DNA of 64,000 nt from an uncultured bacterium (GTDB lineage: Bacteria > CAYJRR01): contig CAYJRR010000001.1 of assembly GCA_964372275.1 (NCBI GenBank), positions 4,962 through 68,961 on the forward strand, given 5' to 3'. Below the pieces are notes generated by a model. That model saw only the letters and a list, made by a program, of their open reading frames with translations, did no database searches and had not been told where the DNA came from. This document shows positions 25,927 through 34,906 of the stretch, piece by piece (within the stretch, counting starts at the first letter, position 1; every line of letters starts with the position of its first letter). Position numbers and translations under genes: made by a program.

Positions 25927-26019
25927 GCGAGAAGGTCGTTGGGAACGCGCGCCATGCGAGCCGGCCGGCGCGGGTGGATCGCCGGCGAATTCGCGGCGAG
26001 ACTACCATGGCGAACGCGA

Positions 26020-27369
26020 ATGACCGCCGCCGCGACGATCTTCGTCCTCACCTACGCCGCGATCGGAACGGGCCGCCTCCCGGGTCGGCGGCTCGACCGG
26101 CCCGTCGCCGCGCTGCTCGGCGCGGTGGCGATGGTGGTCTGCGGCGTCCTCCCCGCGTCGCGCGCCTACGCGGCGATCGACGTGCCGACGTTGACGCTGC
26201 TGCTCGGGCTGATGGTGCTGACGTCGCGGCTCGCGGAGGACGGGCTGTTCACGGCGGTCGCCGGCGCGATCGCCCGCAGCGGCCGCGGTCCGCACGCGCT
26301 GTTGGCGTCGGTCGTCGTCGCGAGCGGCCTCCTCTCGGCCCTCTTCCTGAACGACGCCGTCTGCCTCCTCTTCACGCCCCTGGTGCTGCGGGTCGCGCGG
26401 CGTTCCGGACTGCCGCCCCTCCCCTACCTGCTCGCTGTCGCGACCGCGTCGAACGTCGGCGGCGCGTGCACCCTGAGCGGCAATCCGCAGAACGCGCTGA
26501 TCGGCGTGCAGAGCGGGATCGGCTACGGCGAGTTCCTGCGGCGGCTGGCGCCGGCCTCCTTGCTGGGGCTGGCGCTCACCTACGCGGTGATCGCCTTCGT
26601 CTATCGCCGCGCGCTCGGCGCGGCGGCCGCCGCGTCGCGCACGGGCGCCGCCGCCGGCGCACCGGGCGGCGTACCCTCCGGTCGAGCCATCGGCGGCGCC
26701 GCGGACGGCGGCGGCCTCGACGCCGGCGCGCCTCCGGTCTCGGCCCGCTCGCTCTCGCGCTCGCTCGTCGTGGCGGCGGGGATGCTCGTCGCCTTCCTGC
26801 TCCACGTCGACGTCGGCCTCGCCGCGATCGCCGCCGGCGGGGCGGTCCTGCTCCTCGCCTCCGACGGCCCCCGGGCGGGCGGCCGGCCCGGAGCCACTCC
26901 ACCAGAGGGTGCAGGCAGGCCCGAACCGTTCCGTGGCGTCGACTTTCCGCTGCTCGTCACCTTCGCCGGTCTGTTCGTCGTCACCGAGGGCGTCCGCGCG
27001 TCGGGGCTCGCCGATCTCCTCCTGGCCGTGGCGGAGACGCACGGCGCCAGCGACCCGGCGGCGCGGATCGCCGGCATCACCGGGGTCTCGCTGGTGCTGT
27101 CCAACCTCGTCTCCAACGTGCCGGCGGTGATGCTCCTCGGTCCGGTCGTCGCCGCCGGACCGCACCCCACGCTCGGATGGCTGGCGCTGGCGATGGGGAG
27201 CACCTTCGCCGGAAACCTCACCCTTGTGGGATCGATCGCCAACCTGATCGTGGCGGAGCTGGCCCGCCGCGAATGTCCGATCTCCTTCGTCGAATACCTG
27301 AAGGTCGGCGTTCCGATCACCGCGGGAACGACGGCGATCGGTCTGCTGGTCCTGATCGCGCAGAGTTAG
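26020..27369 (+). CDS. ArsB/NhaD-superfamily (citrate/anion permease-like) transporter
   Basis: About 12 TM helices with a duplicated halves pattern (LLASVVVASGLLSALFLNDAVCLLFTP ... VSLVLSNLVSNVPAVMLL). Confidence 0.7.
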   Translation: MTAAATIFVLTYAAIGTGRLPGRRLDRPVAALLGAVAMVVCGVLPASRAYAAIDVPTLTLLLGLMVLTSRLAEDGLFTAVAGAIARSGRGPHALLASVVVASGLLSALFLNDAVCLLFTPLVLRVARRSGLPPLPYLLAVATASNVGGACTLSGNPQNALIGVQSGIGYGEFLRRLAPASLLGLALTYAVIAFVYRRALGAAAAASRTGAAAGAPGGVPSGRAIGGAADGGGLDAGAPPVSARSLSRSLVVAAGMLVAFLLHVDVGLAAIAAGGAVLLLASDGPRAGGRPGATPPEGAGRPEPFRGVDFPLLVTFAGLFVVTEGVRASGLADLLLAVAETHGASDPAARIAGITGVSLVLSNLVSNVPAVMLLGPVVAAGPHPTLGWLALAMGSTFAGNLTLVGSIANLIVAELARRECPISFVEYLKVGVPITAGTTAIGLLVLIAQS

Positions 27370-27448
27370 CGCCCACGCAATCCACAGGGCCATCGCACCG
27401 GAATCGCGCGAATACGAGCGGTTGCCCCGCATCGCGCGGCGAGTATTC

Positions 27449-27477
27449 TTGACGATCCTTCGCGCGGAACTAGATAT
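27449..27477 (+). promoter_or_regulatory. candidate promoter of the hsp20-rpoH operon (TTGACG-16-TAGATA; the -35 reads CTTGA as in sigma-32 promoters)
   Basis: gagtattCTTGACgatccttcgcgcggaaCTAGATATgcc lies immediately upstream of the hsp20 ATG. Confidence 0.3.
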
Positions 27478-27961
27478 GCCGAAACCGGGGCCGGACGACG
27501 AGCGTCGAATGAACAGCGAACGTGAAAGCGGAACGGGCGATCCGTTCGCCGACTTCCTCGAGGCGTTCTACAGCGACCCCGAAAAGCCGCTCAAGTTCCT
27601 GCGCAACGTCCTCGACGGCGAGGCGGTCTACAACCCGGCCGTCGACGTGGTGGAGGAGCGGGACCGGGTGACGTTGCTGATCGACCTGCCGGGGGTCCCC
27701 AAGGAGCAGATCGCCGTCGAGTTCGTCGCCGGCGGCGTGGTGCTACGCGGCCGCCGCGCCCCGGCCCCCGAGCCGCACGGATCGCGGCTTCGCCGCGCCG
27801 AGCGCCCGGCCGGCGAGTTCGTGAAGAGCGTTCCGCTCCCCAAGGGGCTGGACGCGGAGCGGGCGACGCTCGCCCTCGAGAACGGCGTGATGACCTTGAC
27901 GATCCCGCGCGCGGAGGGCGCGCGGCGACCGTCGTTGAAAGCGGGATCGAACGAACGATGA
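27476..27961 (+). CDS. Hsp20/alpha-crystallin family small heat-shock protein
   Basis: AVDVVEERDRVTLLIDLPGVPKEQIAVEF...GEFVKSVPLPKGLDAERATLALENGVMTLTIPR. The true start may be the internal MNSE at 27509. Confidence 0.8.
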   Translation: MPKPGPDDERRMNSERESGTGDPFADFLEAFYSDPEKPLKFLRNVLDGEAVYNPAVDVVEERDRVTLLIDLPGVPKEQIAVEFVAGGVVLRGRRAPAPEPHGSRLRRAERPAGEFVKSVPLPKGLDAERATLALENGVMTLTIPRAEGARRPSLKAGSNER

Positions 27962-29025
27962 CCTCCCCGGCAAACGGCGACGACGTGCGCGAAGAGAGCA
28001 TCCCCGAGGAGCCGATCGAGCCGGGGCCCGAGGAGATCCTCCTCGACGAGGAGATCGTCGCCCCGGCGGAGGCGGCGAAGCCGGCCGCCGCGCCGCGCGC
28101 GAAGTCGGCGCGGGCGAAGGCGGCCGCGCCCTCCCGCGCCGCCGCCGGACCGGCGTACCAGGGAAGCCTGTCGCTCTACCTCTCCCGCATCAACAAGTAC
28201 CCGGTCCTCGACCGCGAGGCGGAGCTGGCGATCGCCCGGAAGTGGCGGGAGACGGGGGACCCGGAGGCGGCGCAGCAGCTGATCACCTCCAACCTGCGCT
28301 TCGTGGTGAAGATCGCGCAGGAGTACCGCACCTACGGCATCAAGCTCGGCGACCTGATCCAGGAGGGGAACATCGGGCTGATGCAGGCGGTCAACCGCTT
28401 CGACCCGGACAAGGGCTACCGCCTCATCTCCTACGCCGTGTGGTGGATCCGCGCCTACATCCACAACTTCATCCTCCGCTCGTGGAGCCTGGTGAAGCTG
28501 GGGACGACGCAGGCGCAGCGGCGGCTCTTCTACCAGTTGAACCGCGCCAAGCGCCGCATCTCCGGCCTGCAGGGGAAAGGGGAGACCGAGCGGGTGCGGA
28601 TCCTTTCCGAGAAGCTCGACGCGTCGGAGGAGGAGATCCGGGAGATGGAGCGGCGGCTGGCCGGCCGCGATCTTCCGCTCGACGTCCCGATCGGCGACGA
28701 CACCGACACCACCTACCTCGACCTCGTCCCGGCGAAGACGCAGAACCAGGAGGAGATGATCGGCGACCGCCAGGAGCGTTCCGTGCTGCGCGAGAAGGTG
28801 ACCGGGATCCTGGCCAGCCTCCCCAAGCGCGAGCGCTACATCCTGGAGCAACGAATCCTTTCGGAGAAGCCGATGACCCTGCGCTCGATCGGCGAGAAGT
28901 TCGGCATCAGCCGCGAGCGCGTCCGCCAGCTCGAGACCGCGACGATCGAGAAGATCCGCGCCGAGGTCGCCCCGGAGCTGGGCGTGGAGGTCAAAGGGCC
29001 GGTGCGGCTGCAGATCGACGATTAG
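27958..29025 (+). CDS. rpoH: RNA polymerase sigma-32 factor
   Basis: Region 2 reads QEGNIGLMQAVNRFDPDKGYRLISYAVWWIRAYI. The RpoH box is SLVKLGTTQAQRRLFYQL. Region 4 has an HTH. The ATG overlaps the hsp20 stop (ATGA). Confidence 0.88.
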   Translation: MTSPANGDDVREESIPEEPIEPGPEEILLDEEIVAPAEAAKPAAAPRAKSARAKAAAPSRAAAGPAYQGSLSLYLSRINKYPVLDREAELAIARKWRETGDPEAAQQLITSNLRFVVKIAQEYRTYGIKLGDLIQEGNIGLMQAVNRFDPDKGYRLISYAVWWIRAYIHNFILRSWSLVKLGTTQAQRRLFYQLNRAKRRISGLQGKGETERVRILSEKLDASEEEIREMERRLAGRDLPLDVPIGDDTDTTYLDLVPAKTQNQEEMIGDRQERSVLREKVTGILASLPKRERYILEQRILSEKPMTLRSIGEKFGISRERVRQLETATIEKIRAEVAPELGVEVKGPVRLQIDD

Positions 29026-29094
29026 CAGGCGATCGGCAGAGGCGTGCGGCCGGTGGCTTGCCGGGGCGCGGGGGGTCGCGTAGGCTGGTTCTCC

Positions 29095-29664
29095 ATGGCC
29101 CCCCCTCTCCTGCGACGCCTGGCGATCGCCACGGGCTGCGTGGCGATGGCGGTGGGGACGGTGGCGGCGGAGACGGCGGTCGCGGCGGCGCCGAAGAAGG
29201 CGGGGCCGGCCGCCGGCGCCATGAAGCGCTTCGAGAACGAGCGCTTTTCCTTCCGCTTCGACTACGACGCGGCGTGGATCCCCTCGATCAAGGAGGAGGG
29301 AGAGTCGGTCACCTGCTCGCTCTCGGCGGGCGAGGTGCTGGTCTCGGTGCAGCGAGATCCGAATCCGAAACACCTCAAGACGCGCGCCGAGCTCGCCGAC
29401 GACCACGTACAGACCTGGAAGAACCGCCTCGGTCTCGAGTTCAAGTCGCTGACGCGCGAGGAGACGACGCTCGGCGGCGCGCCGGCGACGGTGATCAAGG
29501 GGACGGCGAAGCTTTACGACGCGGAGGAGCCGTACCGCCTGCAGCTCTACCTGCTGGAGAAGAACGGCCTGTTCTACGCGATCAAGTACTCCGGCCTCCA
29601 CGAGCCCGACCGCCCCTACTGGAGCGGCTTCGAGCGCCTGGTGAAGTCGTTCGAGTTCCGCTGA
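29095..29664 (+). CDS. secreted conserved hypothetical protein
   Basis: Signal peptide MAPPLLRRLAIATGCVAMAVGTVAAETAVAA. The mature domain is FENERFSFRFDYDAAW...LYLLEKNGLFYAIKYSG. Confidence 0.55.
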   Translation: MAPPLLRRLAIATGCVAMAVGTVAAETAVAAAPKKAGPAAGAMKRFENERFSFRFDYDAAWIPSIKEEGESVTCSLSAGEVLVSVQRDPNPKHLKTRAELADDHVQTWKNRLGLEFKSLTREETTLGGAPATVIKGTAKLYDAEEPYRLQLYLLEKNGLFYAIKYSGLHEPDRPYWSGFERLVKSFEFR

Positions 29665-29676
29665 GCGGCGGACCGC

Positions 29677-29832
29677 TTATCGGGGGCGCTTGGGGCCGGC
29701 GGCGACCGGGACGCGGACGGGTCGGCGGACGTCGAGCAGCCGTTGCAGCTCCTCCAGCGCCCCTTCGACCGCCTCCCGGACGCGGTCGGCCAGCGACTTA
29801 CCGGCCTTCGGCTTGGGATCCCGGTCCGACAT
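29677..29832 (-). CDS. small hypothetical protein (51 aa)
   Basis: MSDRDPKPKAGKSLADRVREAVEGALEELQRLLDVRRPVRVPVAAGPKRPR. Protein-like composition, unlike the surrounding Arg-rich spurious frames. Confidence 0.3.
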   Translation of the reverse strand: MSDRDPKPKAGKSLADRVREAVEGALEELQRLLDVRRPVRVPVAAGPKRPR

Positions 29833-30040
29833 GCGTAGGACGCCCCCCCGGCTCCGTACCAGTGTAACGAACGGCGTGGGCGCCTGCCGGCGGAATTTCG
29901 GCGAACCGGAGCGGATTGGGAGGGTCGCCCCGTCGAGCGGCCCGAACGGTCCGGTCGGGCGACGCCGCCCGGGCCTCGGTCCGCGGGGAAAATCCCTCGC
30001 GGTTCCGTGCGGTTGACTTCCCGTAGGCGGCTCCCATACG

Positions 30041-30730
30041 GTGTTCCCCGTGAAGCACGGCGTCCTCACCCTGATCCTGAACGCGGGACCGGTGGTCAAG
30101 CTGGTGATGGCGTTGCTGCTCGTCTTTTCGCTGATCTCCTGGGCGATCATCCTGGTCAAGCTCCTCGCCCTCTCCAAGGCGCGCAAGGAGTCGGGGGAGT
30201 TCCTCGACCTGTTCTGGAGCTCCAACGAGCTCGACACCCTCTACCAGAAGGCGGAAAAGATGCCGGCTCCGATCCCGGCCGTCTTCCGGGCGGGCTACGT
30301 GGAGCTGGTGCGGGTCACCGACCCGCGCGGCGGGATCGCCGCCGTCGCCGGCAAAGGGGAGCCGGGGGACCTGGAGACGGTGCAGCGCGCGATGCGGCGC
30401 GAGCGGCGGACGCAGCTCACCGGACTCGAGCGAACCGTCCCTTTCCTGGCCACCGTCGCTTCGAGCTCCCCGTTCATCGGCCTGTTCGGCACCGTGTGGG
30501 GCATCATGAACAGCTTCCAGGGGCTGATCGGGGCGACCGGGAACACCACGATCCAGGCGGTCGCGCCGGGGATCGCCGAGGCGCTGATCGCGACGGCGAT
30601 CGGCCTGCTGGCCGCGATCCCGGCGGTGATCTTCTACAATCTGTTCCTGAACCGCATCAAGGTGCTGGCAGGGGAGATGGAGAACTTCTCCTCCGACTTC
30701 TTGAACATCATCGACCGTCACTTCCTCTAG
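30041..30730 (+). CDS. tolQ: MotA/TolQ/ExbB proton-channel protein
   Basis: Three TM helices. FLATVASSSPFIGLFGTVWGIMNSF...AIPAVIFYN. Confidence 0.85.
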   Translation: MFPVKHGVLTLILNAGPVVKLVMALLLVFSLISWAIILVKLLALSKARKESGEFLDLFWSSNELDTLYQKAEKMPAPIPAVFRAGYVELVRVTDPRGGIAAVAGKGEPGDLETVQRAMRRERRTQLTGLERTVPFLATVASSSPFIGLFGTVWGIMNSFQGLIGATGNTTIQAVAPGIAEALIATAIGLLAAIPAVIFYNLFLNRIKVLAGEMENFSSDFLNIIDRHFL

Positions 30731-30738
30731 AGGCGTTG

Positions 30739-31200
30739 ATGGGGTTCTCGACCGCTGGCGGCGCGGGGGACGACGAGGAGGTGGCGGGGGTCGCCCTCGC
30801 CGAGATCAACGTCACGCCGCTGGTCGACGTGATGCTGGTGCTGCTGGTGATCTTCATGGTGACGGCGCCGCTGATCAACCAGACCGGCATCGACGTCAAC
30901 CTGCCGCAGACGCGCACCGGGGCCGCGAAGGATCCGCAACCGGAGGCGGCGATCGTGACGATCGACGCCAAGGGGAACGTCCACCTCGGGGAGCGGCGTT
31001 TCACGCCGCAGGAGATGGCGTCGCAGTTCAAGGCGGTGATCGAGGCGCGCAAGCCGCCGTCGGTGATCCTACGCGCCGACACCGCCGTCCCCTACGGTAC
31101 GGTGATGAGGGTGATGGACGAGCTGCGAGCGGCCGGCGTCACCAAGCTCGGCCTCCCCACCGCACCCATCGCGGACAGCGGAGGCCGCGCCCAGCGGTGA
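30739..31200 (+). CDS. tolR: ExbD/TolR biopolymer transport protein
   Basis: EINVTPLVDVMLVLLVIFMVTAPL...TVPYGTVMRVMDELRAAGV. Confidence 0.85.
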   Translation: MGFSTAGGAGDDEEVAGVALAEINVTPLVDVMLVLLVIFMVTAPLINQTGIDVNLPQTRTGAAKDPQPEAAIVTIDAKGNVHLGERRFTPQEMASQFKAVIEARKPPSVILRADTAVPYGTVMRVMDELRAAGVTKLGLPTAPIADSGGRAQR

Positions 31201-32045
31201 GCGCGAGACCGCCGGCGCTGTGGGAGGACGGCGGCACCGCACGGCGGGTGCACGCGATGCTGCCGGTCTCGCTCGCGTTGCATGGACTGTTGTTCGGCGC
31301 GGTGGCGGTCGCCGGCAGCGGCCGCTCGCCGATCGACCTCGCGGCCCCCGTCTACGAGGTGGCGTTGATCGCGCCGGTGATGAAGGGGAGTCCGGGGGAC
31401 GGCGCGAAGGAGACGGTCGTGGCGAGTCTCACGCCCCCCGCGCCCCCTTCCCTCCCGCCGGAGATGCGAACGCCGCCGGACCCCGACGAGATTCGGCTCC
31501 CTTCCGCGAAGTCGAAGACGACGCCGCCCCCGGTCTCGCCGAACGCGCGCGAGGACGCGCTCGCCCGGCTGCAGCGCGAGCAGGCGCTCAAGCGCGCCGC
31601 CGAGGCCGCGAAGGCCGGGAAGGTCACGACGCAGACCCTCGTCGCCGCCAACGCCAAGACGCCGGCGACCACCCCCGGCACGGGCGGGACCGGCGCCGGG
31701 GGGGAGGAGTACGGCGTCTGGAACGGGATCCCGGGCGCCGCGAGCTACGAGCGGCAGATCCAGGCGATCGTCAACGAGCGGTGGCTCCCGCCGACCTGGA
31801 TCTCCGCCGACCAGCCGAAGCAGTGCATCATCCACGTCTGGATCCACTACGACGGGAAGATCGGGACGATGGAGTGGGAGGTCCGCTCGGGGGACAGCGC
31901 GTTCGACCAGTCGGCGATGGGGGCACTGATGAAGAGCGATCCGCTCCCGCCGCCGCCGCTGGCGACCAAGCAGTACCTGGCCAAGAAGGGGATCTCGATC
32001 CGCTTCGACTCCCGCACCAAGCTCGGCGCGAAGGGACGGCGATGA
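31197..32045 (+). CDS. TolA/TonB-family energy-transducer with a Pro/Ala-rich linker and TonB C-terminal domain
   Basis: A single N-terminal TM helix, then a Pro-rich spacer. The C-terminus reads YERQIQAIVNERWLPPT...IHVWIHYDGKIGTMEWEVRSG. Confidence 0.7.
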   Translation: MSARPPALWEDGGTARRVHAMLPVSLALHGLLFGAVAVAGSGRSPIDLAAPVYEVALIAPVMKGSPGDGAKETVVASLTPPAPPSLPPEMRTPPDPDEIRLPSAKSKTTPPPVSPNAREDALARLQREQALKRAAEAAKAGKVTTQTLVAANAKTPATTPGTGGTGAGGEEYGVWNGIPGAASYERQIQAIVNERWLPPTWISADQPKQCIIHVWIHYDGKIGTMEWEVRSGDSAFDQSAMGALMKSDPLPPPPLATKQYLAKKGISIRFDSRTKLGAKGRR

Positions 32046-33358
32046 GGCTTGGGCTGGCCGCCGTCCTCGCCGCGCTCGCCCTGGTGCCGGGTCGCCTCTC
32101 GGGACAGCCGGCGGCGGGGGAGCCGATCATCGACATCTTCCGTCCGGAGAAGGTCGTCCATCCGATCGCGATCCAGGAGTTCCAGATCGACGGCAACGCC
32201 GACCCCATGTTGGCGCGGGCGCTCCCGGCGGCGATCGCGCGGAACCTGGAGTTCACCGGGCTGTTCCGGGCGCTTCGGCCCGACGCCTACCTCGAGCCAA
32301 GGGGGAAGGTGCCGACCGACGGGCGCGGAACGCGCTGGGAGGACTGGCGGGTCCTGAACGCGAGCGTCCTGGTGCGCGGCGCCGCGCGGCCCGACGCCGG
32401 CAAGGTGGCGGTCCGGGTGACGATGTGGAACGTCGCCGACGGGACGAAGATCGCGGAGCGGATCCTCTCCGAGCCTCCGGATCGCGCCGACACCCTCACC
32501 GCGCGCGTGGCCGACGCCGTCTACAAGGCGCTCACCGGCGAGGACTCCTTCTTCAGCAGCCGGCTCGCCTTCGTCAACAACCGCGCCGGCTCCAAAGAGA
32601 TCTTCCTCTCCCAGTTCGACGGTCGCGGCGAGCAGGCGCTCACCGGGAACCGATCGATCAACCTCTCGCCCGCTTGGAACGGCGACGGCACCAAGCTCGC
32701 CTTCACCAGCTACGTGCGCAACAAGCCGGACCTCTATCTCTACGACCGGCTGATCGACAAGTTCTTCCGCATCAGCGATCGGCCGGGGATCAACATCGGC
32801 GCGGCGTGGGCGCCGCTCGGGCGGGTCATGGCGGCGACCCTGTCGTCCGACGGCGGGAACCCGGACATCTACTCGCTCGGCGAGGACGGGAGAGGCCCGC
32901 GGCGATTGACCGACAGTCACGCCAACGACGTCTCGCCGAGCTGGTCCCCGGACGGGACGAAGATCGTCTTCGTCTCCGACCGCGGCGGCAGCCCGAACCT
33001 CTACCTGATGTCGTCGGGGGGGGGCCCGGCGACGCGCCTGACCTTCGGCGACGGCGGGATCGGCAAGGACAACCAGGCGCCGGCCTGGTCGCCGCGCGGC
33101 GACCGCATCGCCTTCCAGAGCCGCGTCGACGGGCGCTGGCGGATCTTCACCATGAAGCCGGACGGCGGCGAGGCGGTGGCGATCACCGCCGAGGGGAATT
33201 GCGAAGATCCGAGCTGGTCCCCGGACGGACGGATGCTGGCCTACGTCCGCGACGGGAAGATCTGGGTGATGGAGGCCGACGGCTCGAACGCGCGGCCGGT
33301 CGCCTCCGGCGCCGGGACCTACTCCAACGTCGCCTGGAGCCCGCGCATCCCGTGGTGA
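32042..33358 (+). CDS. tolB: Tol-Pal system beta-propeller protein TolB
   Basis: Signal peptide, N-terminal TolB domain, then repeated WSPDG(T/R)K(I/L)(A/V)F propeller blades. Confidence 0.88.
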   Translation: MRLGLAAVLAALALVPGRLSGQPAAGEPIIDIFRPEKVVHPIAIQEFQIDGNADPMLARALPAAIARNLEFTGLFRALRPDAYLEPRGKVPTDGRGTRWEDWRVLNASVLVRGAARPDAGKVAVRVTMWNVADGTKIAERILSEPPDRADTLTARVADAVYKALTGEDSFFSSRLAFVNNRAGSKEIFLSQFDGRGEQALTGNRSINLSPAWNGDGTKLAFTSYVRNKPDLYLYDRLIDKFFRISDRPGINIGAAWAPLGRVMAATLSSDGGNPDIYSLGEDGRGPRRLTDSHANDVSPSWSPDGTKIVFVSDRGGSPNLYLMSSGGGPATRLTFGDGGIGKDNQAPAWSPRGDRIAFQSRVDGRWRIFTMKPDGGEAVAITAEGNCEDPSWSPDGRMLAYVRDGKIWVMEADGSNARPVASGAGTYSNVAWSPRIPW

Positions 33359-34302
33359 CCGCCCGCGATCGGCTCGCGCCCGCGCGGGCGGCGGTGATCG
33401 ACGCCGGGACCAACACCATCCTGCTGCTGGTCGGAGAGCGCGACCCGGCCCGTGCCGGCGGCGTGCGCCTACTCGCCGACGAGATCGAGTTCGCGCGGCT
33501 CGGGGAGGGGGTCGACCGGAGCCGGCGCCTGTCGGCGGCGGCGATCGAGCGGGGGCTCGCCGCCTTCCGGCGCTTTTCCGGGATCGCCCGCGCGCACGGC
33601 GTCGAGCGCGTGCGCGCCACCGGGACGAGCGCGTTGCGCGATGCCGGGAACGCGCGGGCGTTCGTCGACGCGGTGCGCGAGGAGACGGGGATCGACCTGG
33701 AGGTGATCGACGGCGGGCGGGAGGCGCGGCTCGGATTCGCGGCCGCGACCGACGACCTCCCGGAAGGGGAGCCGGCGCTGGTGCTCGACATCGGCGGCGG
33801 CAGCGTGCAGCTGATGCGGGGGGCGGCGCGCCGCGGTCCGGACGAGGCGCGGAGCTTCGACGTCGGCGTGGTGCGGATGACCGAACGGTGGCTCCGCACC
33901 GATCCGCCGACGGCCGAGGAACGCGCCCGCCTCGAGGCCGAGGTCGACGCGGCGCTCGCGCAAGCCCCCGACGCCGACCGGTCGGCGGAGCTGGTCGGCG
34001 TCGCCGGGACGTGCACCACCCTCGCCGCGGTGCGGCTCGGACTCGCCGACTACGACGGCGAGAAGGTGCACGGGACGCGTCTCACCCTCGCCGAGATCGA
34101 AGCGCTCGACGCGCGCTTCCTCGCGCTCGACCGCGCCGGCCGGGCGCGGGTTCCGGGGCTCCATCCCAAACGGGCCGACGTGATCCTCGCCGGGACCGCC
34201 ATCCTGCGGCGGGTGCTGGCGCGGTACCGGATCGAATCGCTGCGCGTCGCCGACCGCGGGATCCGCCACGCCCTCCTGCGCGAGACGCTCTTCGCGACGT
34301 GA
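33355..34302 (+). CDS. Ppx/GppA-family phosphatase (exopolyphosphatase / pppGpp phosphohydrolase)
   Basis: GTG start overlapping the tolB stop. AVIDAGTNTILLLVGE ... LDIGGGSVQL ... actin-like ATPase fold. Confidence 0.75.
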   Translation: MTARDRLAPARAAVIDAGTNTILLLVGERDPARAGGVRLLADEIEFARLGEGVDRSRRLSAAAIERGLAAFRRFSGIARAHGVERVRATGTSALRDAGNARAFVDAVREETGIDLEVIDGGREARLGFAAATDDLPEGEPALVLDIGGGSVQLMRGAARRGPDEARSFDVGVVRMTERWLRTDPPTAEERARLEAEVDAALAQAPDADRSAELVGVAGTCTTLAAVRLGLADYDGEKVHGTRLTLAEIEALDARFLALDRAGRARVPGLHPKRADVILAGTAILRRVLARYRIESLRVADRGIRHALLRETLFAT

Positions 34303-34327
34303 CCGTTTCGCGCTACAAAAAGACGAG

Positions 34328-34906
34328 ATGGAGACGGCGACCGGGCCCGAGCTTCACGTCGACGACGTGCGCAGGATCCTGCAGGGGATGTCGGCCGCGG
34401 AGCTCTCGCCGGACGGGGTTCGGCAGCGGCTGGAGGGGATCGCCGTCTCGGCCGATTCGCTCCGTCCGTACGTCCACTTCCGGAAAGGCCGCTACACCCG
34501 CAACCTGGTGCACCGCGACGAACGGTTCGAGCTGCTCGCGCTGTGCTGGGACGAGGGGACCTGCTCGCCGATCCACAACCACTCCGGCCAGGACTGCTGG
34601 TTCCTGGTCCACGAGGGTCGCTTCTGCTTCGAGGGGTACCGGATCGTCGAGGGGGGGACCGAGCCGGGGCACGCCCGGCTCGAGCAGGACGAGTCGACGC
34701 ACCGCGTGGGGCGCGGGGCGCTCGATCACCGCGGGCCGGACCACGACGTCCACCGCGTCATCGTGAGCAAGGGTTCGGTGCCGGCGGTCTCGCTGCACGT
34801 CTACGCCAAGCCGTTCGACGAGTGCCTGGTCTACGACCTCAAGTCCCACCGCTGCCAGCGGCTGCGTCTCCAGTACCACTCGGTGGGCGGGCGGCTCTGC
34901 GACTGA
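34328..34906 (+). CDS. cysteine-dioxygenase-type cupin protein
   Basis: Cupin motifs ELLALCWDEGTCSPIHNHSGQDCWFLVHEG and SLHVYAKP, as in CDO type I. Confidence 0.65.
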   Translation: METATGPELHVDDVRRILQGMSAAELSPDGVRQRLEGIAVSADSLRPYVHFRKGRYTRNLVHRDERFELLALCWDEGTCSPIHNHSGQDCWFLVHEGRFCFEGYRIVEGGTEPGHARLEQDESTHRVGRGALDHRGPDHDVHRVIVSKGSVPAVSLHVYAKPFDECLVYDLKSHRCQRLRLQYHSVGGRLCD

